This document shows, piece by piece, positions 29,044 to 37,495 of a stretch of 64,000 nucleotides of DNA. A model generated the notes under the pieces. It made no database searches. It had not been told where the DNA came from and saw only the letters and a program-made list of their open reading frames with translations. The translations under genes and the position numbers were made by a program. The stretch's first letter is position 1; every line of letters starts with the position of its first letter. The stretch comes from Thermoplasmata archaeon (GTDB lineage: Archaea > Thermoplasmatota > Thermoplasmata > UBA10834): contig JBFFED010000002.1 in NCBI GenBank assembly GCA_041559015.1, forward strand, positions 1,027 through 65,026. The letters are read 5' to 3'.

Positions 29044-29117
29044 TGGACCCGGGCGGACCTTGAACTCGCTCGAGCCCATCAAACATGGAATCAGTTCAAT
29101 CAGAAAGAAAACACACC
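29044..29117 (-). repeat. Degenerate tRNA-Ala 3'-end copy + conserved cassette end (att-like copy 1)
   Basis: tggacccgggcggacc-ttgaactcgctcgagcc, then 19 nt, then tcaatcagaaagaaaacacacc. Confidence 0.7.
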
Positions 29118-29234
29118 AAGGCGTCCGCAAACCTCTTCTCCTTCTTCATGTCATGTCCGCAACGATTGCATGGAACATGATATAGACTGAACCAGTACCT
29201 TCCTCACGGGCAACAAATATGAGGTGCAACAGCA

Positions 29235-29753
29235 ATGAGCATACTCGATCCGAACATGAAACCTGCACTCCTAGTGGTAGATGTCCAGAACGCATGGCTC
29301 GACAATACTGCCGAACTGAAGGAATCGGTTGAGAAGCGTCTCAATGTCATTAATGGGGGAATCGGGTGGTTCAGGAAGAACAAGCATCCAGTTATCGTGA
29401 TCTACCACGAGGAGCCGGAGATTGGAGTGATGCCCGGGACCAACGCCTTCGAGTTCTCGCGGCTCGTGCAGATAGAAGAGCAGGATATCAGGGTCACGAA
29501 GCGCTACTCCGACGCATTCAATAGGACCAACTTGGACTCAGTTCTCCGCAGCCTGGGCCGTGACACCGTGCTGATAGTGGGCCTGAGCGCGAGTGGCTGC
29601 GCGCTCGCCACCTACTTCGGTGCCAAGAACTATGACTACAACTCCTTCCTGGTGAAGGGTGGCGTGGCGTCTCACGACCAGGGGCATGTGAGGTTCGCAG
29701 AGGAGATCTGTGAGACCATGGCGGTGGACGAGTTCGACAGAAGACTCAGATGA
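29235..29753 (+). CDS. Isochorismatase/cysteine hydrolase
   Basis: LLVVDVQN, TKRYSDAF, GLSASGC. Confidence 0.85.
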   Translation: MSILDPNMKPALLVVDVQNAWLDNTAELKESVEKRLNVINGGIGWFRKNKHPVIVIYHEEPEIGVMPGTNAFEFSRLVQIEEQDIRVTKRYSDAFNRTNLDSVLRSLGRDTVLIVGLSASGCALATYFGAKNYDYNSFLVKGGVASHDQGHVRFAEEICETMAVDEFDRRLR

Positions 29754-29906
29754 TCAACTCGAGTGACACGGGATCTGCACACAGCAGGTCGCGGAGTGAT
29801 GAGCAGGGATTCGATTTTCAAGGGAGATGACTAGCCTTCGACTTTCTTGTGATTGCTGCAATGTATGCCATAGGTCACAGGAGATTGCGCATTCATTGAA
29901 AGGGTG

Positions 29907-30269
29907 TTACAGTTTCTTCCTGAAGACGCCCCAAGATACACCGTAAAGGTGCTTCTTGTCCTTCAGCGGAATGAATCCTGACCATTGAGCGATCATGCCT
30001 CTCTCAGCTGCCCTCCGCTTGAGAAATCCCGGAGTCACCTCATTGATGTGATCCAGTTTCTCTCTCAGCATTCCTTTTCCCTTTGGAGGAAATCCTTCTC
30101 CCGCTATGCAGCCGTCGCACCATCCCTCCAGCCAGAGGATCCTGTCTTTTCCCCTTATCTCAGCAAAGATCTCGCTTGGTACGGGAATGTCCGGTACGAG
30201 TTCGGCTACAAGGGCCAGGATATCGTCGCGTGTGGGTCGATTAGAGTCTTCCATTTCACGTCTTGTCAT
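29907..30269 (-). CDS. Hypothetical protein
   Basis: 120 aa ORF inside cassette A; no recognised motif. Confidence 0.55.
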   Translation of the reverse strand: MTRREMEDSNRPTRDDILALVAELVPDIPVPSEIFAEIRGKDRILWLEGWCDGCIAGEGFPPKGKGMLREKLDHINEVTPGFLKRRAAERGMIAQWSGFIPLKDKKHLYGVSWGVFRKKL

Positions 30270-30385
30270 GTTCAGTGACTATATCAAGATTGTCTGCTTG
30301 TTGAGCCGAGTTTTGACTTTGAACACTGGCCATCTTCAGTTTCGCGATTCAAGCACCGAGCCAGGCCTCTTCTCCAGTCTCGTCT

Positions 30386-30459
30386 GTGGACCGGGCGAGC
30401 ATTGAACTCGCTCGAGCCAGACAATCATAAAACCGTCTCAATTAAAAAGAAAATGCACC
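30386..30459 (-). repeat. tRNA-Ala 3'-end copy + conserved cassette end (att-like copy 2)
   Basis: 30386-30411 matches tRNA 36740-36765 at 24/26 nt; followed by the 17-mer extension, 19 nt, and tcaattaaaaagaaaatgcacc. Confidence 0.85.
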
Positions 30460-30869
30460 GGGGCATCCCCAAACCCATTGATCTTCTCATCTTACCTGTC
30501 GAAGGAGGCTGCATTGAGCTGGACTTGAACTTGGACATCTGGCTCGGTTCCAATCAGGGGGGGTTTGGTACGCGTATACTAGCCTTTTCCTCGCCTTTCC
30601 TCGCGAAATCAGAGGTTCAATTTGCGCGACGTGCAAACTCGGTTAACCGGCTCATTTCTATCGTCGCAAATTGGCACCGAGGCAGACCGTTTCTCGTGTT
30701 CGTCTTCCGGTCGGGGTGTTGGCCTCGAGTCGCATTTGAGTCGTCTGAGAATATGTCTGGTGGATCATCTGCACATGCACCGGTATGGGTCCGAGTATGA
30801 TGTGGCGTCACTAGAATCCCGCGAAGATTGGGCAGCTTCGCGAATCGACCGCAACAAGCGTCTCATTGT

Positions 30870-31730
30870 TCAGATGTAGAGTCCGCCGTTGATGTCAACT
30901 ACCTGCCCGGTGATATAGCCCGCCTCTGGAGACACTAGATACGTAACCGCAGATGCGATTTCTTCAGGTCTCCCCAGTCTGCCCATGGGTATCTGTGCCA
31001 GAATCTTCTGGATGATATTTGGCGGAACAGACTTCAACATATCGGTCCCGATGAATCCTGGGGCCACGGCATTTACGGTGACGCCTTTGTCCGCGAATTC
31101 CTTGGCAAGTGTCTGAGTCAATCCTATCATTCCTGCCTTTGAGGCTGCGTAGTTAGCCTGGCCACGATTGCCCATCCGACCAATCACAGAAGATATGTTC
31201 ACTATCCGGCCGTATTGCCGCTCAAGCATTCCATCAATGACAGCTTTGGTGCAATTGAAAGTTCCCGTGAGGTTGACGGAGATTACGTCGTCCCACATCT
31301 CTGAAGTCATCTTCACGAACGATTTGTCTTTGACTATTCCGGCGTTGTTTACCAGGATATCGATCTTGCCGAACTCAGCCACCGCCTTGTCCCGCATCTT
31401 GTTCACTTCGTCCATCTTTCCGACGTTGGCCTGGCATAAGATAGCACGTCTCCCCATCGACTCTATCTTTTCTCTGACTTCCTTTCCTTGTTCGACAGTA
31501 TCCATGATGTCAATCATGTTGATCAGTTCGTCAAGATCATCCATTCTATCTGTCTTATTTATGAAGTCGATGACGTCCGCAGCCTGGTCCTTGCGGCTCT
31601 GATAGTTCACGGCGACATCTGCTCCTTCTCCTGCGAGCTTGATGGCAATCGCCTGACCGATGCCTCTCGAGCCGCCTGTGACCAGCGCAACCTTTCCGTC
31701 TAGAGCCCCTGTTCTCTTAATGCCTTTCAC
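30870..31730 (-). CDS. phaB: Acetoacetyl-CoA reductase (SDR) with internal insertion
   Basis: TGGSRGIG, NNAG, GQANYAASKAG; in operon with phaC. Confidence 0.75.
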   Translation of the reverse strand: MKGIKRTGALDGKVALVTGGSRGIGQAIAIKLAGEGADVAVNYQSRKDQAADVIDFINKTDRMDDLDELINMIDIMDTVEQGKEVREKIESMGRRAILCQANVGKMDEVNKMRDKAVAEFGKIDILVNNAGIVKDKSFVKMTSEMWDDVISVNLTGTFNCTKAVIDGMLERQYGRIVNISSVIGRMGNRGQANYAASKAGMIGLTQTLAKEFADKGVTVNAVAPGFIGTDMLKSVPPNIIQKILAQIPMGRLGRPEEIASAVTYLVSPEAGYITGQVVDINGGLYI

Positions 31731-31749
31731 CCCTTGTCCTCGCGTGAGC

Positions 31750-32535
31750 CTAGACCACCAGTCCACCATCGACCAGCAATACGCACCCGTTCACGTACTT
31801 CGCCTCGTCCGACGCCAGATATAGGTTGGCATAGGCGACATCTATCGGATCGCCTAGCATGTTCAGAGGAGTCTTCTCCGCCATTCGGTCAAGGATCTTC
31901 TGAGGCACTGATGCAGTCATTGGGGTCTTTATGAATCCGGGAGCGATTGCATTGACTCTGATCCCCTTCCTTCCCAGTTCCTTGGACAGAGTCTTGGTCA
32001 TGCCAATCAAGCCGGCTTTGGCGGCCGAATAGTTGACCTGGCCGACATTGCCATAGACGCCTGAAACGGAGGACACATTGACAATCGAACCGCTTCCTCT
32101 CTGTAGCATGTGATCGGCGACTGCTTGAATGCAGTTGAACGCGCCCGTGAGGTCAACACGAATCACTTCGTCCCATTGCTCTTCTGTCATCTTCTGCAGC
32201 AGAGCGTCCCTGATTATGCCTGCGTTGTTGATCAGGATGTCAATCCTCCCAAATCTCTGGAGCGTCGCATCGACTGCTTTCCTCACTTCCTCTCTCTTGG
32301 TTATGTCTGCAGTAGCGCACAAGGTGTTCTTGATTTCCGTCTCCTTGGCGAATCCCATGTCACGATAGACCTTCTCTACATCTCCGGTGAAGATATCGAA
32401 GATGGCGACCTTCGCCCCCTCATTCAAGAAGAGTTTCGCTGTTTCCTTTCCGATTCCACTTCCGCCTCCAGTAATTACTGCAACCTTGTTCTCTAATCTC
32501 ATCTCGGGTTCCTCCTTCCCTCTGCTCTCATTCAT
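31750..32535 (-). CDS. Second PhaB/FabG-like SDR reductase
   Basis: TGGGSGIG, NNAG, GQVNYSAAKAG. Confidence 0.8.
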   Translation of the reverse strand: MNESRGKEEPEMRLENKVAVITGGGSGIGKETAKLFLNEGAKVAIFDIFTGDVEKVYRDMGFAKETEIKNTLCATADITKREEVRKAVDATLQRFGRIDILINNAGIIRDALLQKMTEEQWDEVIRVDLTGAFNCIQAVADHMLQRGSGSIVNVSSVSGVYGNVGQVNYSAAKAGLIGMTKTLSKELGRKGIRVNAIAPGFIKTPMTASVPQKILDRMAEKTPLNMLGDPIDVAYANLYLASDEAKYVNGCVLLVDGGLVV

Positions 32536-32551
32536 CTCTTTCGTTCCCGTC

Positions 32552-33637
32552 TCAGCTGCTCTGTTCGCCAGATCGCGCCCTCAGCCAGGAAGAGATCTTC
32601 GGGCAGACGTCCCTTTGTGATTTGCCGCCGACGAACATTCCAATATGTCCCGTCGGAAAGACCACGACTTCTTTATCTGTGCTCGCAACTGCATCGTTGA
32701 GCGGCTTGCTGGCAGCGATGGGAACTAGGTGGTCGTACTCCCCCATCACGTTCAGCAGAGGCATTGTGATGTTCTTGAGGTCGACCCTCTTCCCGTCCAG
32801 CATCATTTCGTTCTTTATCAGCAGGTTCTTCTGATAGCAGTCCTTGATGAACTGTCGATACATTTCCCCTGCCTGGTTAGGACTGTCAAAGATCCATTTT
32901 TCCATCCGCAGGAAGTTCTTCACGGCTTCCTCATTCTTGCGCCCGCTGTCTTCGTCATCCCCGTTGCTCTCAATCTTCTCAAAGAATATGACGTACTTGT
33001 CTATCAAGACTCTGAAGGGGTCGGTTAGTAGGAAGCCCGTGTTGAGTAGATTCCCAGGTACCATTCCGTATGCATCCACTATCCTGTCGGCATCTAGGCT
33101 CTTTGCCCAGACGTGGAGGAGCCCTTCATCGGTGTCGAAATCGACGGGTGTCACCATTGTTGCGAGGTTCTGGATCTTTTCCGGATGCAGCGATGAATAC
33201 ATCACCGAGAAGGTACCACCCTGGCAAACGCCGAACAGGGACACTTTCTCAGCTCCGGACAACTCCCTTATCTTCTCGACGGCGTTGTCGATATACCCGT
33301 TCACATAGTCATCGATGGTGAGATACCTGTCTATTCCTGACGGATATCCCCAGTCAATGATGTATACATCGAGCCCATCATCGAGCAGTTTCTTGACGAC
33401 ACTCTTGTCGGGCTGGAGATCAAGTATGTAGTGTCTGTTGACAAGAGCATAGACGATGAGCACGGGTACTGGATAAGGCTTCTTCACTACTGGGATGTAG
33501 TGAAGCAGCCTCATATCATCCTGTGTGTAGACGACCTCTGAAGGGGTCATCCCGACCGAGATCTCTGGTGCCTTGAGGAATAGGTCGAGCATCCTCATCG
33601 CCTTCCTGTTGTTCTCTATCAGTTCCGCGAATTCCAT
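32552..33637 (-). CDS. phaC: Class III PHA synthase catalytic subunit
   Basis: YALVNRHYILDLQPDKS, lipase-like box GVCQGG, EYDHLVP, PTGHIG, EKWIFDSP. Confidence 0.93.
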   Translation of the reverse strand: MEFAELIENNRKAMRMLDLFLKAPEISVGMTPSEVVYTQDDMRLLHYIPVVKKPYPVPVLIVYALVNRHYILDLQPDKSVVKKLLDDGLDVYIIDWGYPSGIDRYLTIDDYVNGYIDNAVEKIRELSGAEKVSLFGVCQGGTFSVMYSSLHPEKIQNLATMVTPVDFDTDEGLLHVWAKSLDADRIVDAYGMVPGNLLNTGFLLTDPFRVLIDKYVIFFEKIESNGDDEDSGRKNEEAVKNFLRMEKWIFDSPNQAGEMYRQFIKDCYQKNLLIKNEMMLDGKRVDLKNITMPLLNVMGEYDHLVPIAASKPLNDAVASTDKEVVVFPTGHIGMFVGGKSQRDVCPKISSWLRARSGEQSS

Positions 33638-33675
33638 AGTTGTCACTATCCGAAACGACACTCAGGCAGCGTCCG

Positions 33676-34224
33676 TCACTTCCTCGTTGCGCTCTTTCCC
33701 TGATCTCGAACCAACTCTTTCACTTGCTTCTTGAGCAGGTAGACCTCTTTGCTGAGGTCGTCCATCTCCGTCCGCGTGGGAAGATTGGCGGGTCTGAGGA
33801 AATTCTCCTCGATTAGGACCCTCGAGGACTTCTGAAAATCCATCGAATTGGATGTCAGTCTTGCCAGATCCGAGGCAAAGAAGCTAGATTTCAGAAACTT
33901 CTTGAATGTCTCACTGTATGTCTCCATCCAGAGGTCGTAGTAGCCCTTGTAGGAGGAAGGCGAGACGCCCTCTGCGATCCGCTTCTCAACCTCCTCCTGG
34001 GTTTTCTGGCTGGCTTCCATGAAGGCACTCTGGTAGTTCGCGATGGACTGCGCCCATGCAGCATGCATGTTGATTGTGGCCTCGAAGTTCTTCCTCAGCC
34101 TATCCACGCCTTCGCGAGATGGGCCCATGATGGGCATGTCTATGATTCTACCGTAGGTAGCCTCATAGGCCTTCAGCCAGTGCTCGAAGAAGTCATGGGA
34201 TGCTTGTAGATCCGAGCTCTCCAT
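33676..34224 (-). CDS. phaE: Class III PHA synthase subunit PhaE
   Basis: Directly upstream of phaC; YDLWMETY; C-terminal LPTRTEMDDLSKEVYLLKKQV coiled coil. Confidence 0.8.
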   Translation of the reverse strand: MESSDLQASHDFFEHWLKAYEATYGRIIDMPIMGPSREGVDRLRKNFEATINMHAAWAQSIANYQSAFMEASQKTQEEVEKRIAEGVSPSSYKGYYDLWMETYSETFKKFLKSSFFASDLARLTSNSMDFQKSSRVLIEENFLRPANLPTRTEMDDLSKEVYLLKKQVKELVRDQGKSATRK

Positions 34225-34226
34225 GA

Positions 34227-35369
34227 TCAAGTCGCCCTCGTCTGACCGAACTTCGCGTCCATCCACATCTTGGTTGCATTCGCATAGGTGTCCGCCTGAG
34301 CCCGTGCTGCCTTCTTGAGTGGGTCTATCAGTATCTTCATGGGCTCTACCGCGGGCATGAGTTCAAAGAAGTCTTTGTACGCCTTCTCATATGTATCGAA
34401 CCACTGCCCGTAGAACTCCCTGTAGGATTCCGCCTCGGTCGCGTTGGTGAGTAGATCCTTCATCTTCTCTGTAGTCTTCTCCAACACCGTCAACCAGGAA
34501 TTGTACAGCTCCGTACTGTTCTGCATTCCCTGGAGCATTTCATCGACCATCTCCTTCGACGGCTTCGTGATGTCGGTGGAGAACATCTTGGCGTATGTCT
34601 CTTTGTATGTATTCATCCACTGGTCGTAGAACTCTTTGTACTTCTCCGGACCTGCGTCGCCCTTTGACAGCTCGAAGAGCTTCTCTGAGAGCTCGAAAGT
34701 CAGCTTCTCCCAGGGGGTGTACATGTCCTTGTAGGACTCTCTCCACATCTTCGCCGCTTCTGCGAGGTTCGTGAGATACATGTTCGGCATGCCCGTGTAC
34801 GCCTCGAAGACCTCCTTCGTGTTCTTCGATGTCATCATGCCGAGAAACTCATCGAACATCTTCTCATAGGACTTGATCCACATTTCGTAGGAGTTCTTGT
34901 AGTCCTCAGGACTCACGCCACCCAAGAGCATCTTCTGAGTCCTCCTGGAGTTCTCCTCGAGTTCGGCGCTCCACGCCTTCATCAAATCCGTTGACTCCTG
35001 TGCACTCACGACGAGCATGTCCAGTGTCCTTCTGTCCGTCATTGCCTTCAGCATAGTTGCCTTCTGCATAGGATAGAGTCTGTCAAGTGTGTCCTGTTGT
35101 GTCTTGACCAGTTCCTCGTAGAACTCTCGGTATTTCTCTGGCGATGTCTCCCCTGAGAGCTGCACAGCCTTGTCAAAGAGCTTGCCTGTAGACTCGATCC
35201 AGGGGTTGTACAGGTCTGTGTAGGATTCCTGCCAGACTTTCGACATTGCGCTGTAGCTTTCGGTCCACATCTTGAAGGGGTTCTTCCGCTCCTCGGTCGA
35301 TCCCGTTCGGTTCGCCTTGCTCGTTTCTCCCTTCCTGCTCTTAACTGTCTCTGCTTTGTTCTTAGTCAT
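34227..35369 (-). CDS. PhaE-like helical repeat protein
   Basis: Four copies of (P/A)E-x-Y-x-(E/N)-(F/S)-Y-x2-(W/L)-x3-(Y/Q); first gene of the operon. Confidence 0.7.
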   Translation of the reverse strand: MTKNKAETVKSRKGETSKANRTGSTEERKNPFKMWTESYSAMSKVWQESYTDLYNPWIESTGKLFDKAVQLSGETSPEKYREFYEELVKTQQDTLDRLYPMQKATMLKAMTDRRTLDMLVVSAQESTDLMKAWSAELEENSRRTQKMLLGGVSPEDYKNSYEMWIKSYEKMFDEFLGMMTSKNTKEVFEAYTGMPNMYLTNLAEAAKMWRESYKDMYTPWEKLTFELSEKLFELSKGDAGPEKYKEFYDQWMNTYKETYAKMFSTDITKPSKEMVDEMLQGMQNSTELYNSWLTVLEKTTEKMKDLLTNATEAESYREFYGQWFDTYEKAYKDFFELMPAVEPMKILIDPLKKAARAQADTYANATKMWMDAKFGQTRAT

Positions 35370-35791
35370 ACTGGTTCGCCTCCACAAAACTCACAGACGA
35401 TTATTCAAACCGGGCGAATCCATGTAGCAAAAAAAGCTACGAAGTTCCTAACGGCGATCTAAAACGCATCCTGTTGAATTTCCGCGATTTCCAATTCAAG
35501 CTATAGTGTTGCCGCTTATAGTCTTTGGCTTCGTACCGAGCAGTCGTCGCAGAAATACGCTGGCAAGGTTTCCCCGGAACATGGGCAATCTCAGACCCAG
35601 GCAGCGAGATGTACTGATATGAGCTTGTGCTCCGGTTCAATGGCACGCCCTCAGAGATTCCATTGAGGCACAATCACTCGTCAAGCACTAGAATAGTCTG
35701 TCTCTGTCCATTTCGTCTTCTCACGATGAGATGGGTGTGAATCCGGATGCATAGCCGACTCTGGATAGGAAATCCCTGGTGAGCGGGCACG

Positions 35792-36589
35792 TCAGCGAAA
35801 CTTCTCAACGAGGGAAAGAAGTGCCGTCGCGAATTCTCTGGGCTGGTCAACATAGCCGACGTGCCCGCTCGGAAACATGTGCAAATCGGTTCTCAGTTGT
35901 GTCGCGAGCCATTTGGATGCGCAGAACAAGTGCATAGCCGTCTCTTCACCTGCCGCTATGAGGATGGGGACCTTGGATCCCCTAAGCGCTTCTGCGTTGG
36001 GCTTATAGGAGATGATCACCGGCATCTCCACAGAGAAAATGACATCCCCATTGTCGAAAGCGCGTCGCATCGTGCTCGGGTCCAGACCATTGATTGCCTC
36101 GTCCTCTTTCATCTCTGTGAACACTCGCAGTGCGTTGCGGGGGCCTCCCTTCGCTACCTTGGCTTTCCAGAAGTCTGCCAGGTCATGAGCTTGATAGAGA
36201 AGCGGCATAAGCGGCGGTTCGTGCGCGATTGCCCCCCGAACTGACAGCGGGTGGCGAACGATGAGCTCGAGCAAGATCATCGCTCCGAAACTGTTGCCGA
36301 AGACGATGGCTGGACTTAGGCGCAAAGTGGACAGCAATTCCGCTGCATCATCCGCCTGCTCCGTAACCGAAGTCGACGTCCAGCCTTCTGGGCGAGGGCT
36401 TCGAGAATTTGCGCGGCGATCATACGTAATGACCGTGAACTGCTCGGCGAGGAGCTCCGCGAGCGGCTCGAACCATCCTGCGTCTCCCGTGAGGCCCATG
36501 ATCAGTAGAAGGGGCGGTCCGAAACCTCGTATCTCGTAGTAGATGTGCGTCCCATTGACCTCGGCGAGCCCATGCTTCATCGTCGTCAT
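35792..36589 (-). CDS. Alpha/beta hydrolase
   Basis: GNSFG nucleophile elbow, YDRRANSRS, PSGHVGY. Confidence 0.85.
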   Translation of the reverse strand: MTTMKHGLAEVNGTHIYYEIRGFGPPLLLIMGLTGDAGWFEPLAELLAEQFTVITYDRRANSRSPRPEGWTSTSVTEQADDAAELLSTLRLSPAIVFGNSFGAMILLELIVRHPLSVRGAIAHEPPLMPLLYQAHDLADFWKAKVAKGGPRNALRVFTEMKEDEAINGLDPSTMRRAFDNGDVIFSVEMPVIISYKPNAEALRGSKVPILIAAGEETAMHLFCASKWLATQLRTDLHMFPSGHVGYVDQPREFATALLSLVEKFR

Positions 36590-36737
36590 CCCTCTGGCTG
36601 ATTCGCTTCCGTTCACTTAATGCATTCTCCAGTGTGTTGAGCCGTGGTTGAACCGGAGACACTGGCTGTCTCTCAATCCGGCGATTGTCACACGTCCGAA
36701 TCTCTTCTAACGCCCCTATGGCTTCTTCCGAGACTAA

Positions 36738-36812
36738 TGGTGGACCGGGCGAGATTTGAACTCGCGACCTCTCGCATGCCAAGCGAGCGATCTGCCGCTG
36801 ATCTACCGGCCC
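36738..36812 (-). tRNA. tRNA-Ala(GGC), CCA encoded
   Basis: Cloverleaf GGGCCGG/CCGGTCC with G3-U70; anticodon arm CTCGC-TTGGCAT-GCGAG; T arm GCGAG-TTCAAAT-CTCGC. Confidence 0.97.
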
Positions 36813-37020
36813 ATTCAGGATGCGATGTATATGCTCGGCCTAGTTAAACCTTGCCGATGCGATCGCCTGAAGAGCCCTTCTCTGGCGATAAGAATTCACG
36901 GTCCGTCCGAGTTGAGTGCAAACTCTGGAAAATGATGTCCTAATGGGTTTCCCCAGTCCCGCGGAAACCCGCGGGACGGGATGCGTGCGCCTGAGAGCCC
37001 CTCACGGCTGCCCGCAGTGA

Positions 37021-37287
37021 TTACTCGTCACTGTACGGACAGTCAGGGTTAGGGCAGATGCCGCCGCCACAGGATCCGTCCTGCAACTGCTGCTGCACCT
37101 GGTCCTGGTCCTTCTCGCCGTCCAGGTCGCCGGTCTGGTTTCCGTTCGAATCAGCCGTTGCAGCGGTCACGGCAAACGCCCCGCTGACCACCAAGGCGGC
37201 GCAGAACGCAACTGCAATCCAGGCTCTGCTAGCTCTCCTCGCCCCCGATATTCTCTTCACCGGGTCGCTCTCTTGTTCCTTGCTCAT
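37021..37287 (-). CDS. Small secreted Q/D-rich protein with Cys-rich C-terminus
   Basis: Signal-like AWIAVAFCAALVVSGAFAVTAATA; ends QDGSCGGGICPNPDCPYSDE. Confidence 0.6.
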   Translation of the reverse strand: MSKEQESDPVKRISGARRASRAWIAVAFCAALVVSGAFAVTAATADSNGNQTGDLDGEKDQDQVQQQLQDGSCGGGICPNPDCPYSDE

Positions 37288-37495
37288 GTCCTCACTTCCG
37301 GGGGCGGGGCCGTCGAGGCGTCTTCATAAGGTTCCTCAGGTCGCAGCCCGTCCGGCTAGGCTAATCCCGCCCGTTAGACGCAGGATTGGGCAATCAGTGG
37401 TAATTGCCTTACGGGACCATTATCAGACGGTGGCACAACCGAGGGATGGCATGGGGCGGATGGAGTGTCAAGAGCCAGGACCATCATGAGCCCGT

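Larger units (their letters stand above)
29060..30385. mobile_element. Integrase-less cassette A
   Basis: Bounded by att-like copies 1 and 2; both ends resemble those of cassette B; visibly more AT-rich. Confidence 0.6.
30386..36765. mobile_element. Cassette/island B integrated at tRNA-Ala, carrying the PHA operon
   Basis: Direct repeat of the tRNA 3' end at both borders; more AT-rich; no integrase inside. Confidence 0.8.

Noticed and set aside
29829-29839. 11-mer gactagccttc shared with 59299-59309
   Set aside because: Orientation is inconsistent with the inverted third cassette; probably chance.
30402-30879. ORFs 30402-30800, 30617-30811 and 30622-30879
   Set aside because: They overlap the cassette end, have no coherent composition or motifs, and are probably non-coding or decayed DNA.
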